Assembly (NCBI GenBank): GCA_032718475.1
Contig: JAUCBJ010000246.1
Span: 1-64,000, forward strand
Length of the DNA: 64,000 nt
Source of the DNA: Nemertoderma westbladi
Taxonomy: Eukaryota; Animalia; Xenacoelomorpha
Direction of reading: 5' to 3'
A program made the translations under genes and the position numbers. Of the stretch, positions 1 to 10,602 are shown piece by piece. How positions within the stretch are numbered: position 1 is the stretch's first letter; each line of letters begins with the position of its first letter. The notes under the pieces are model-generated. The model searched no databases and was not told the DNA's origin. It worked only from the letters and a program-made list of their open reading frames with translations.

Positions 1-13
1 GCAGGAGTTTTGG

Positions 14-2017
14 TTGCATGGACCTGATTTTCTAACGAGGACACAGGAACATTGGCCAGAGCGACTAAAGATAGTGACCAATCCGATGCCTGAAGATGCA
101 GAAGTCAAGGTGGAGAAAGTTTCTAAGTCAAAGTCTAAAGCCAAACTTAAGTCATTGGAGCGGCCTGAAGAGTCATTGGAGCGGCCTGAAGAGTCATTGG
201 AACGGCCCGGAGACCTGTCAGACCAACTGACTTACATGACTACTAGGTCCGGAAGGGTAAGTTATGACATAAAACCACCCTTACAGACTAAACCAGAGTC
301 ACAGTTGGTAAGTGACGGACAGAAAATGACCGACACAATGGAGCCTTTGGTTTCCAAACCTGCGGGTTTGGATTCGAAACTTCCATTAGTTAGCGGACAA
401 CCATCGCTGGCATTAGAGCCATGTAGTATTTATGACAAATTACTAATTTCGTCTGCCTCTTGGCTGACAATTTGTAAAAGAACTGCGTGGTTAAGCCGAT
501 ACATTTCGTACCTTTGTATAAAACATTCGGAACATTTGAGAGAACAATTGAGCACTAATAGTAATCGATTTCAGAAATTGAAACAACCTCTGACAGAGGA
601 TGAGATTGATCAAGCGGAATTAAAGCATTTGAAGCACTATCAAATGTGTGCCTTCCCAAAAGAATTCTATTCATTATCGGCTCAACGACCAGTTCTCTAT
701 AAACCCCTTAGAAAATGGAGTCCATTAATCCATAAGGGTTTGATTTGTCATAGATCGAGAATCCAGACTGTCGACATAAACTCACAGTTTAGGTTCCCAG
801 TGATAATCCCTAGTCACCCAATAGAATTGCAAAGAGCGATTCTATGGGATATATACAAGAGGTTGCATCACGCGGGAAAGTTACACTGTTTGTCGGCAGC
901 GAGACAGCGATTCATTCTATTTCAGCCAAGCAGGGCAGTCGGCACCATGTACGACGCCTGTCTGGTTTGCAAGAGAGTGAACGCCAGAGTATTGGAACAG
1001 GAGATGGCTGAACTCCCGGAAGCGAGAGTGCAGGCATACGACCCACCCTTTACAAACACAGGGGTGGACTGTTTTGGTCCGATTGAGGCAAAGAGTGGAC
1101 GGCTGACCCACAAGCGATGGGGCCTGCTACTGACATGTATGGCTAGTAGAGCCATACACATCGAGCGTGTGGCAGACATGTCGACCAAATCTCTGCTCCT
1201 GGCCTTAAAGAGATTTATGGCCAGGAGAGGACTAGTAAAGGCGTTCTACTCTGACAAGGGTACAAACTTTGTCGGAGGGAATAGCGAGTTGAACGCGGCT
1301 CATAAGCGGCACAGAATAAGGAAATTTCTGCAGCACTTTTGCCGCAAAGAGTAGAGTGGAGATTTAATACTCCAGAAAGTCCTTGGAGAGGAGGAAGTTG
1401 GGAGCGTTTAGTTCGCTCTGTAAAGCAGGCTATTGCCAAAACATTGCCTGTAAACAAACAACTTACCGACGACGAGCTGGTCACAGCTTTCATCGAAATC
1501 GAGCATACCCTAAACTCGAGGCCGATAGCTATGTTACCAGACGGTGTTGCATTAACGCCGAATCATTTGCTAATGCAGAGTCCAGCATTTCTTGTGCCGG
1601 CATCAGAACCCATTAGTGCCGACCTATATAGTCGTAAGAGCTGGAAAATGACACAGTTTATCGCGTACACATTCTGGGAATATTGGCGGGAATACTATCT
1701 TCCCACCATATCCACCAGAACAAAGTGGTACAAAACGGTTCGGAGTCTCCAAAGGGGAGATTACGTACTGATAACCGAAGCCAATTGTCAAGAGAAAGTA
1801 CTGGGAGTCGGGAGTTATCTTGCACATACACCCAGACGTGCAAAACATAGTGCGCACAGTCACTGTGAAAATTAGGTGCAAGTGTCCGCACCCAAAGAAG
1901 TGTAAAACTAATGGTTTACACACCTTGGACCGACCGGTCCAAGATATCGTGTTATTAGAGGAAACACGCATCGAGACGGGAGATTATAATTTGTCTCCTG
2001 CCTCAAAACAGAATTAG
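14..2017 (+). pseudogene. Bel/Pao LTR retrotransposon pol, 3' part (end of RNase H, integrase Zn-binding, DDE core, C-terminal DUF5641-like), frameshifted
   Basis: ORFs 14-1354, 1339-1875 and 1820-2017 chain together: W..GPDFL, HH..CLVC, PPFTNTGVDCFGP, FYSDKGTNFVG, SPWRGGSWERLVRSVK, LNSRP, FW..W..YLP, VRTVTV..RPVQDIVLLE. Collinear with the 53739-56561 ORF. Confidence 0.93.
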
Positions 2018-2040
2018 TGTTAGACGCAACTCACTTCGTA

Positions 2041-2088
2041 TGCATTCCTCGTATGCAAATACAAGGAAATGCATGGGAGCGGGGTTGT
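2041..2088 (+). other. Hairpin followed by PPT-like tract (GGGAGCGGGG) and TGT, just after the pol stop
   Basis: TGCATTCCT-CGTAT-GCAA-ATAC-AAGGAAATGCA stem-loop, then GGGAGCGGGG-T-TGT. Resembles the real PPT GGGAGCGG|TGT at 62503-62513. Confidence 0.55.
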
Positions 2089-2763
2089 GGTGATTTGCGT
2101 TGAGTTTTGTGTGGTGGGTATCAAAACAAAATTTTATTTTCAAAATTTTTGGAAAATTTAAAATTTTAAAAAATTAGAAGTGAACCCAAGACAATTCCAG
2201 ACGCTGTGTATAGACGCGTTTTAGAATTCGTCTATAGATATACAGTAATTTGAAAGTCGTGAAGCCTGGAAAATAGCATTTAGAAACCATGGTGATGGCT
2301 ATATTACGTAGGAGTGTAAATTGAGTTTAGCAACTTCCACAGATTGGTGCCAACAGTGCAACTAGGGTGCTAAAGGTTAGTAGCACCAGAGGCGTACACG
2401 GACCCCACTCAGTAGTTTGCAGTGAAGTGTGATGTTCGATTATCAAACCTGTGGGTTTGGTATAGTCGAGCATTGAGACTATGGTCCTTTCTAACTACTG
2501 TAGTTTAGTACGAGTAATGGGAGTAGTTTGGGCATCAAAAAGTGAGTTGGTCACGGCCAGTTTATCTCCAAAGTTTTTGCGCTATGCATGGGAATAGGTT
2601 AGAGGATAGTTAGGAAGAGACGGGATCTAGAGAGTCGAACCTGAACTGCTGGAAGGCAGCGGGGGGGTTCGGGAGGTCTGTCTTTCGATGACATCTAACT
2701 GATTTATCCACAGTGTAATTGGTTTGCGTAACGGACTATTGGGATATATGTATTTGCGGCACG

Positions 2764-3429
2764 ATGAACCGCTACCTGCCGTCCGAGATCAGTCCGACGG
2801 AATGCATCTGCACCGGAGGACTCGAGGCGAGGATTAAGAGACGCCAAAGGTCTTCAGAACAGTTATACAAGTTGTTCTATAAATGCGGTGAATGCATGAA
2901 TAAACAAGACGTGGCGATTCCCGATCGACTGAACAAGCAACATCCTGAACCGATATTAACGCGATGTCAAGCTCACCAGTTCCTTAGATACAACGAGGGA
3001 GGTTACCCGATGAGCAACCCGATAATCAGTATCGCCTTCAGCGGAAAGCGACCTCCAAGACCCATTACGCCGACCGTTACGACTTTAGATCCGTATACGG
3101 AGATTAAACCCTGTTCGACACCCAGTTTGATAGACACGGCGGCGGCCATTTCGCTATACCGAGCCTATAAAGACCTAGAGGCGCGGCGCGAAGCGGCACG
3201 GGACTCGAGTTCCTGGACCACGTTCACTTCGCTTCACCAGGAGAGGAAGCTCATGCCTGAGTATCCAGACGAGATTCGCGCCGTCCATCCGTCTACTAAC
3301 TATACCCACGATCCGCGGTTTATACGATATTTACTCCAAATTATTTCGGGAAGTTTCGACGCATGCACTATTAAGCCCGAATATGTCCAATCCTTTATAT
3401 ATCATCGTCGCTCTGATATATACGTCTAG
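2764..3429 (+). CDS. Accessory ORF3 of the first Bel/Pao element (N-terminal part, probably truncated by the 3431 insertion)
   Basis: Open frame 2719-3429, first ATG at 2764. Shares L[FW]YxCxxC..HP..RCxxHxFxRY with the 58179 ORF. CTAAC..TTTATCCACAG acceptor-like sequence lies upstream. Confidence 0.65.
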   Translation: MNRYLPSEISPTECICTGGLEARIKRRQRSSEQLYKLFYKCGECMNKQDVAIPDRLNKQHPEPILTRCQAHQFLRYNEGGYPMSNPIISIAFSGKRPPRPITPTVTTLDPYTEIKPCSTPSLIDTAAAISLYRAYKDLEARREAARDSSSWTTFTSLHQERKLMPEYPDEIRAVHPSTNYTHDPRFIRYLLQIISGSFDACTIKPEYVQSFIYHRRSDIYV

Positions 3430-3430
3430 A

Positions 3431-3900
3431 ATTATTACACGTAATAAATGATTTTTTACGCGTAATAAATGATTTTTTTACACGTAATAAATGATTTCTT
3501 TACGCGTAATATAATGATTTTTTTACGCGTAATAAATGTTTTTATTACACGTAACAAAATCAATTATTACGTGTAAAAAAAAACATTAATTACGCGTAAA
3601 AAAATCATTTATTACGTGTAAAAAAAAACATTTATTACGCGTAAAAAAATCATTTATTACGTGTAAAAAAAAACATTATTACGCGTAATTAATGATTTTT
3701 TTACGCGTAATAAATGTTTTTTTTTACACGTAATTAAATGATTTTTTTACGTGTAATAAATGATTTTTTTACGCGTAATAAATGATTTTTTTACGCGTAA
3801 TAAATGATTTTTTTACGCGTAATAAATGATTTTTTACGTGTAATAAATGATTTTTTTACGCGTAATAAATGATTTTTTTACGCGTAATAAATTATTTTTA
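3431..3900. repeat. ~22-bp tandem array (TTACGCGTAATAAATGATTTTT) with an internally inverted block
   Basis: Directly visible. Units at ~3560-3690 are reversed. Each unit contains the palindrome TTACGCGTAA or its variant TTACACGTAA. Confidence 0.95.
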
Positions 3901-4045
3901 ACTTAGTATTCTATTGGTTATATCTCCATTATTCTAGAAAGTAATTATTTCCCATGGGAGATTTAAAATTGAAACAGTTATCATGTTTGAAAAACTGTCC
4001 CCGAATTTAGATTAACTGCATCAGCCGACCAAGAAAAGTCTGAAT

Positions 4046-5472
4046 ATGGCTGATATTTTTCTTACCGAAATCGAGACTATTATACAAAAAAGCGAGGAAT
4101 TTATTTTGAACAGGTTGCAGAATACAAATATTCCTAGTCCGACCACTTCGAGACCACTTGATTCCGATTATAAGGAAATGTTATTAATGCGACTGGAGAT
4201 CCTCTCTGGGTGCTTATCATTAATCAATGATATAAACTATGTAAGTAATGAGGCTGGAACGCAGTGTCTTGATTATCTACAACAACTTCGCTGCTCAGTT
4301 TCCGCAACTACAGTTGAGGTCACTCCATGCTGTACTTTGCTGGCAAGTGTTCCAGCTCTAACCGCTTCAGTCCGCCATTTTAGATCTGAAAACACGTCAT
4401 CTGGGCCTGGACGACCCCTGTTTAACATTGAAAAATCAACTCTCGTGTTTTTACGAAATTCCGGGTTCACTTGGAAACAGATAGCTAAACTGCTTGGAGT
4501 AAGCAAGTCTACTGAAATGATTCGGGTTAGACAATTTGAGTTGCAAGGTCCAATGACAGACATTTCTGATGATAATCTTAATCAATTAATAGCGCAGTTA
4601 CACTCGCAATACCCGTCTGCTGGTTGCCGAATGATTAACTCATTCTTACGTTCCAGAAACGTCATTGTTAGCTTAACTCGTGTACTTAACTAATTTGTTA
4701 TGGCACTTAGATGGGCACCACAGCCTTATTCGATGGAATTTCGTAGTACATGGATGCATTGACGGTTTCTCACGATTTATCACCTATTTAGCTCTCTCTA
4801 CAAACAATAAAGCTACAACCATACTGAACTTGTTTGTAACTGCGGTATCTCAATTTGGATTACCTTCTCGGGTGAGAGGAGATAAGGGGGGAGAAAATCG
4901 TGATGTAGCAGAACTAATGATTGGAGAACGTGGTATCGGAAGAGGAAGTTACTTAGCGGGCAAAAGCACCCACAACCAGCGGATCGAGAGATTGTGGAGA
5001 GACGTTTTCAGGACCGTCTTGGTTCTGTACTATCACATATTTTACTGGCTTGAGGACAATGGACTTATTGATCCTTTAAAACCCCTAGACCTATTTGCGT
5101 TACATGTTACATATTTAAATCAAATCAATTTAGCACTTCAGGAGTTTGCTGATGCATGGAATAGACACGGTCTCAGAACGGAAAGGTACTGGTTGCCACA
5201 AAAAACGTTTGTTAATAGTATTCTATCATTAACTGGTGCACAAATTGATGAAGATATTGTAAATATTGACAGCTATGGTATCGATTGGGAAGGGCCCTAT
5301 GCCGAGGATAATGAGAGTGTCGTCGAGGTCAATGACTTAGCTTGTCATTAAGTGCAGTTCACGAGCAAGAATTATTGAACAAAGTAACTGAATATTGGCA
5401 AAGTGCGAACAATGATTACGGTATTAAATGTTTTCTGTATTGTAAAGACGTTGTGACCAGTCACACGTCTTA
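4046..5472 (+). pseudogene. IS3/IS481-type (rve) DDE transposase with N-terminal HTH; internal deletion/frameshift near 4685
   Basis: GFTWKQIAKLLGVSKST (HTH); [48 protein letters not shown] (D-D-E). The RVDP..RRxYxV segment expected for this family is missing at the ORF junction. Confidence 0.85.
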
Positions 5473-5874
5473 GTACTTGGTCAAACGTACAGTAGTTATT
5501 TACTCTTAACTACTGTATTTACTAATTTGTCTGTTATGTCGGTTGTTTCTATAAAATGTAGTTGATATCGCTGATAATACTAATTGTTTATTTAAAATTA
5601 ATGAAATATTTGGTTTTCAAATGAAATACATTTTCAAAAGTACTTAGGGGGGAGTGGGGTACTGGGTTCCATATCTTGTGTTGAAATTTCAAATGTTTGT
5701 TTTTCAATTTTGTTTTTCATTTATTTTATTAAGAATTTATTTATTAGTACACTTTATCTCTTCTCTACCTTTCACAGCAGTATGCATTTAATATGTTGAC
5801 ATCGAACTCAGTACCACCCCCCCCCCCCCCCCCCCCACTCCACACCTTAAATGAGAATGAACTAGAACAAGCAT

Positions 5875-5958
5875 TAGTTTATGGTTTACACAAATTAGTT
5901 TATGGTTTACACAAATTAGTTTAAGGTTTACACAAATTAGTTTATGGTTTACACAAAT
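5875..5958. repeat. 21-bp minisatellite (TTAGTTTATGGTTTACACAAA) x4
   Basis: Directly visible tandem copies. Confidence 0.9.
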
Positions 5959-5959
5959 G

Positions 5960-7235
5960 TTAACACCGGCCGAATGCAAGACCTGATTCATAGTAAGACT
6001 GAACCAACTGCGCCGTCATCTCAGCTTCTGAATTGATGTGCACTGGGAGGGTTAGTTGAAATGCACAGGTAGAGTATGTAAGGCGACATTTACAGTTTCC
6101 AAGACATTCCTTAAATACAACACTTAGTTTCACTTTTATAGTTGGGCGATGGGAACCAAGCAACCAAACTAACATATCTCTTTTATGAAGAATAAAACCT
6201 TCATGCTCGATCTGTCCTGCATCCAATAATAAAAATACGTTTCCTGCCCAGAATATGATATCATCCTGATGGTCAAATCCGTTTGATCCTCGCTCTAGAC
6301 GATTTAGAAATACTGCATTGTCCCAGATATAAGCTAGTTTGACTTCGGGTGTACAAGATAAGACCTTATAAAGAAGACTCCTGTCGAAGTAGGTTGGAAG
6401 TAATTCAATAAGGGCACATTTCAGTGAGATTAAGAACTGTACTACTAGAATTTAGAGCTGCTCTATCCCTTAAGACAACATTCAAAGGTACAGGAGCAGC
6501 ATCAGACTCAAAGACACATTCTGGATCACCGTCCGAATCTTGGTGATTTGAATCATCTGTTCGATTTTCCATTGTAGGAATTTGTACATAAATGTTTCTG
6601 GAACCTGGGTAAAGGCTACTTAAAACTTTCCCATCAAATTTAAAATCATTTTCTACGGATATCGGTTGAACAATCTTGCTAACGACCTTAACAAATTTGA
6701 AATTTGCATTACATGCTGGATACGCCTCTAAACAAGCGACGACCTTTGATTTGATGACTGCATCACTGTCGTGTTTTTCGAAAGACAGCACAGAATGTTT
6801 TATTGTGGAGTCTTTTCTTAGAGTCCGTAGTTCTCCAGGATTGAACTCTCGAATTATGATCAATGGCTTACTGTAGCTTATAATTTGAGGTCGACCCCTC
6901 GGCGATCTAAGACTCCTAATGACATTCCGATTCTGACTACGAACTGTAGGAATACTAGTACCCGCTATGCCAATAGATCGGCCACTCATACCTGACAAGG
7001 TTTGAAAGGGTCTATTTGCCGCTGGAGAATAAGGAGCAAATGCATTCTGAAGCTCACGCAACAACCCTCGCCTATTGATTGATGGTTCCGCTTCCACTGT
7101 CACAGAATCTCTCAGGTTGGTGTTGATGTTGGTGGTTGTTTGTCCACAAGAAGAACAATATCTATCCTGCGGCTTAAGGACAAAACCACATTCACAAATG
7201 AAGGTTTGGGTTGATTCACCTCATTCTCTTTCCAT
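5960..7235 (-). pseudogene. Second gene of the IS3EU-like element: N-terminal zinc ribbon and C-terminal HECT-C-lobe-like segment
   Basis: From ATG 7235: MERE*GESTQTFICECGFVLKPQDRYCSSCGQ, running into ORF 6405-7103. ORF 5960-6226 ends WLLGS..CKCRLTYSTCAFQLTLP..AFGRC, resembling the HECT F-TG..PxAxTC..LxLP..GFG pattern. Confidence 0.55.
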
Positions 7236-7675
7236 TTCATCATTTCTGTAGATTATGAGTAGGCCTACCAGGTTATTGCAGTTTGCAGTAGTATTTCTAT
7301 TATTATTAATTCCAGTATAGTTTATTTTGAGTCTAACTACCGGTTTCTGTTACTTTCAGTAGGCCTCCTACATTAAGTTCAGTAATCCTATTAGGGTACA
7401 GTTTTATTAAGGTTGATCTGAACTAACCAAGCAATACCAACTACCAGTACGACAGACAAAAATAGGACGTTCATTCGTTCACTCACGGGGATCAGTTCTT
7501 ATAACAACCAGACCACATCGGTACTCTACCTAGCCAGCACTGCAGTGTTGCAGTTGTCTTAAGTGTCGTTATTATATGCATTTTGGGGTTTAAACAAAAT
7601 AAACATTTATATTTAAATGTCCCTCGAGAAGAATTATATTCTAGAATAATGGCAAAATAACCAATAGAATACCAA

Positions 7676-7950
7676 GTAAAAAATATTTTATTACGCGTAA
7701 AAAAATCATTTATTACGCGTAAAAAAATCATTTATTACACATAAAAAAATATTTTATTATGCGTAAAAAAAATCATTTATTATGCGTAAAAAAATCATTT
7801 ATTACGCGTAAAAAAATCCTTTATTACACATAAAAAAATATTTTATTACGCGTAAAAAAACAATTTATTACGCATAAAAAAATCGTTTATTTAGACGTAA
7901 AAAAATATTTTTTTACACGTAAAAAATCATTTATTATGTGTAAAAAATTG
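7676..7950. repeat. Right-end ~22-bp tandem array, inverted relative to 3690-3900
   Basis: AAAAAAATCATTTATTACGCGT units, directly visible. Confidence 0.95.
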
Positions 7951-8615
7951 CTTTTTTGAGGTGAAAATATTAACGAATAAAAACACCAAATGTATGCCAT
8001 AGACCTGAAATTGATTTGTAATTCACAGTATACTCATCCGGAACGGCTGGGTAAGTGAAACCAATTTCCCCATGAAATGTGATATGTTTTCGCAGAAATC
8101 GCAAGGTGAAGTCCTGAGAATCTACTTTATCCTCTGCAGATACAATATTGCCAACACAATAGAATTTTCGGCCCTCCTCCGGCTGAAATTCGACCAAAGC
8201 AAATCTTCCTGGAACATTTTCCGGAACATCTCAGGACTCCAAATAACAGTTTCATCAAATTCGACCACAGTTTCATTACATTCATTATCATCAATATAGT
8301 TAACATCCACCTCACCATTAACTAAAATTGATTTGATGGCGATCGGTTTCTCATTATTACCACCAACAACAGAGCTGTTATAGTGGCTAAACTGATAAAA
8401 CTTAATCTCACTTGGTGCGAAAACAACCTGATGTACTTTCAATGTATTCTTAATTGGGCGACAAGACGAGAAATCGACCTTCTCCTGAAACTCCTGGACG
8501 GCTTCCTGATCAATATACTCTATTTCGATGTTCAGGCTCTCTAAGTTAGATGCAAAATTTGCAAAATTTTTGGCACTATCAATTACAACTAAATCACTGA
8601 CCACTCGACGGTAAA

Positions 8616-10602
8616 GGGCAATTCCACCATTGATGTAACACTTATGTCGAAAATAAAAAGTCATCTAATCAGCATAATTTTGGTATCAAAATGACAAGAA
8701 AGAATTAAATTTTTAATAAAAGTGACGGATTCTTAATTTTTCTGAGGGTAACAACTGGTTTTTCATTATTGAATATGAGAAATTTTTTTTACGTATTTAC
8801 AAATTTGCAGAAATTATTACATGTCATTTTTGACATAATCTTACTACCATTGAAATTGTCTGATTAAGACAGGTAAGTACACCAACCGAAAATTCAACAT
8901 TTATTAGAAGCTTATTGATGATAAAAATTTGAATATTGACAGAATAGCATTGTGTATTCAATGTTTCAAAAATTTTAGATTTGGCCTACAGAATTATGTG
9001 AGTCCATAACGAAAAGTACTTAAAGTTTTAATTTGGAGTACACCCCGCATGTGTATTGCACTGACAATCATTTTCCTTTGGGTTTACAACCAATCAAAAC
9101 CATCCATTAGGTCTCTATGGTCTGTATTGCAGCTGAACTGTTTAAGAATAGCGTTACGGACTCACAAATTTTCCGTTACGGACTTACCAGGCGGTAGGTT
9201 AGGTAAGAATCATTCTGCTTTGTATACATTATTCACTATGTAAACTGAAAGTATTCAGCTCCTTTTAGTCTGACAATTGTCCATCGACAGTACATTCGAA
9301 CGTATTCATTCATACATCATCCTAATGTACGACATTCTTCATTGCACCCGTTTAATCCTGTCTCTTACGTCTAATACTCACATTTCTGGGCCGAAAGGGC
9401 CAAACGGCATATATCACGGATGACAGAAGTTACTGACCAAGATGGTATAGTATGATACACTCGAAGTTCGCCAAGATTTCATGAAACGAGTGAGCGAATG
9501 ATGGATTGAGATACAAAACATATCGTCCGTTAGGCCAGGGATTACGTACAAAGTCTCAATAATTATTTCCAGTGCGGTCCCCTCCTATATTCCCCAGAGG
9601 AAACTCCAGTACTCATTTAGCTACCATTTACAGAAGGAAGAGATGCGCCCTGGCTATTAAGTCCCTTTATGGTCTTTAAAGTATTCGTGCCGAAACGAAA
9701 ACTACCCTAGCCCTCATGATGGGATCGAACCCACGACCCAAGGAGAAATGTGATTTAAATGTTACCGATTTAACCAACTACGCCAAGGTGGAATAAATTA
9801 AGTACTGTGATAGTAGTGATCGTAAAACATAAATACAACGAAATACTGTTCAAAATTTATTTTCCAGTATAAAAAATTTTCCGTGAACGTGGTATTTATG
9901 TTGTTAAAGAATTCGAAATTGGTCATTTTAACAAATTATGGTCATATGAACTTATAGGATATTAAATATACACTACTATACACACACCAAATATGCCTAC
10001 TCAATCTCATAGATATGATGTACCTTTATAACTTCATGAACACTACTAAAGATATATCTAAACTTAAGGTACATTGTGAAAGCGAAAGGTATATAAGCAA
10101 TAAATATATTTATTGAATAAATACCATAAACATTCATTGCTCGTTGCTCTTTTTTCTAAAATATATAACGAGTGCATAACGATTTCAAGTGTGAGTCCGT
10201 AACATTTTTTTCTGTGAGTCCGTAACGAACAATTTCTCTATAAATGAGGTTTACCACCATATTTCTGCTATTAACTTACAAATTTACAAAATTTGATGTA
10301 TTTACCTCGCATTGTGAAAGTTATTACATATGGCGTTAAACATTTCAAGAGAATTTGTCAAAATACAATTGGGTAATTTTTCTTTGTCCATTTGCATGTG
10401 AGTCCGTAACGGGCACTATATTTACAATATCCTATGAATCAAATGAGATACAACTCTTTTTTATAAGTCAAAGTAAAGATGTACCATTAATCCATCAGCC
10501 ACCATAGGTGAATGTTATTTATATTGTAAAGTTATTAATTAAATATGCCAATTAAATTCGAAAATTGCGTATTAATGTGAGTCCGTAATGATGGAATTGC
10601 CC
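8616..10602. mobile_element. Non-autonomous TIR element (GGGCAATTCCA termini, 4-bp TSD TAAA), Sola2-like ends
   Basis: TAAA|GGGCAATTCCAC...ATGGAATTGCCC|TAAA. Dispersed internal motif GTGAGTCCGTAAC in both orientations. Excision restores the flanking reading frame. Confidence 0.88.
9660..9791 (-). mobile_element. tRNA-derived SINE head (3' extent uncertain)
   Basis: Minus strand CCACCTTGGCGTAGTTGG (A box) ... GGGTTCGATCCC (B box), then AGGGTAGTTTTCGTTTCGG. Related copy at 17905-18008. Confidence 0.75.

Larger units (their letters stand above)
3431..7950. mobile_element. IS3EU-like DNA transposon with two convergent ORFs and long inverted terminal regions built of tandem arrays
   Basis: rve-type DDE gene on +, second gene on -. 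3881-3940 is an imperfect reverse complement of 7637-7700, and both ends carry the same ~22-bp repeat in opposite orientation. Exact termini and TSD not resolved. Confidence 0.7.

Noticed and set aside
9700-9791. Possible tRNA genes at 9700-9791 and 17935-18008
   Set aside because: A and B boxes are present, but there is no proper acceptor or anticodon stem, and both copies share downstream non-tRNA sequence. They are SINE heads.
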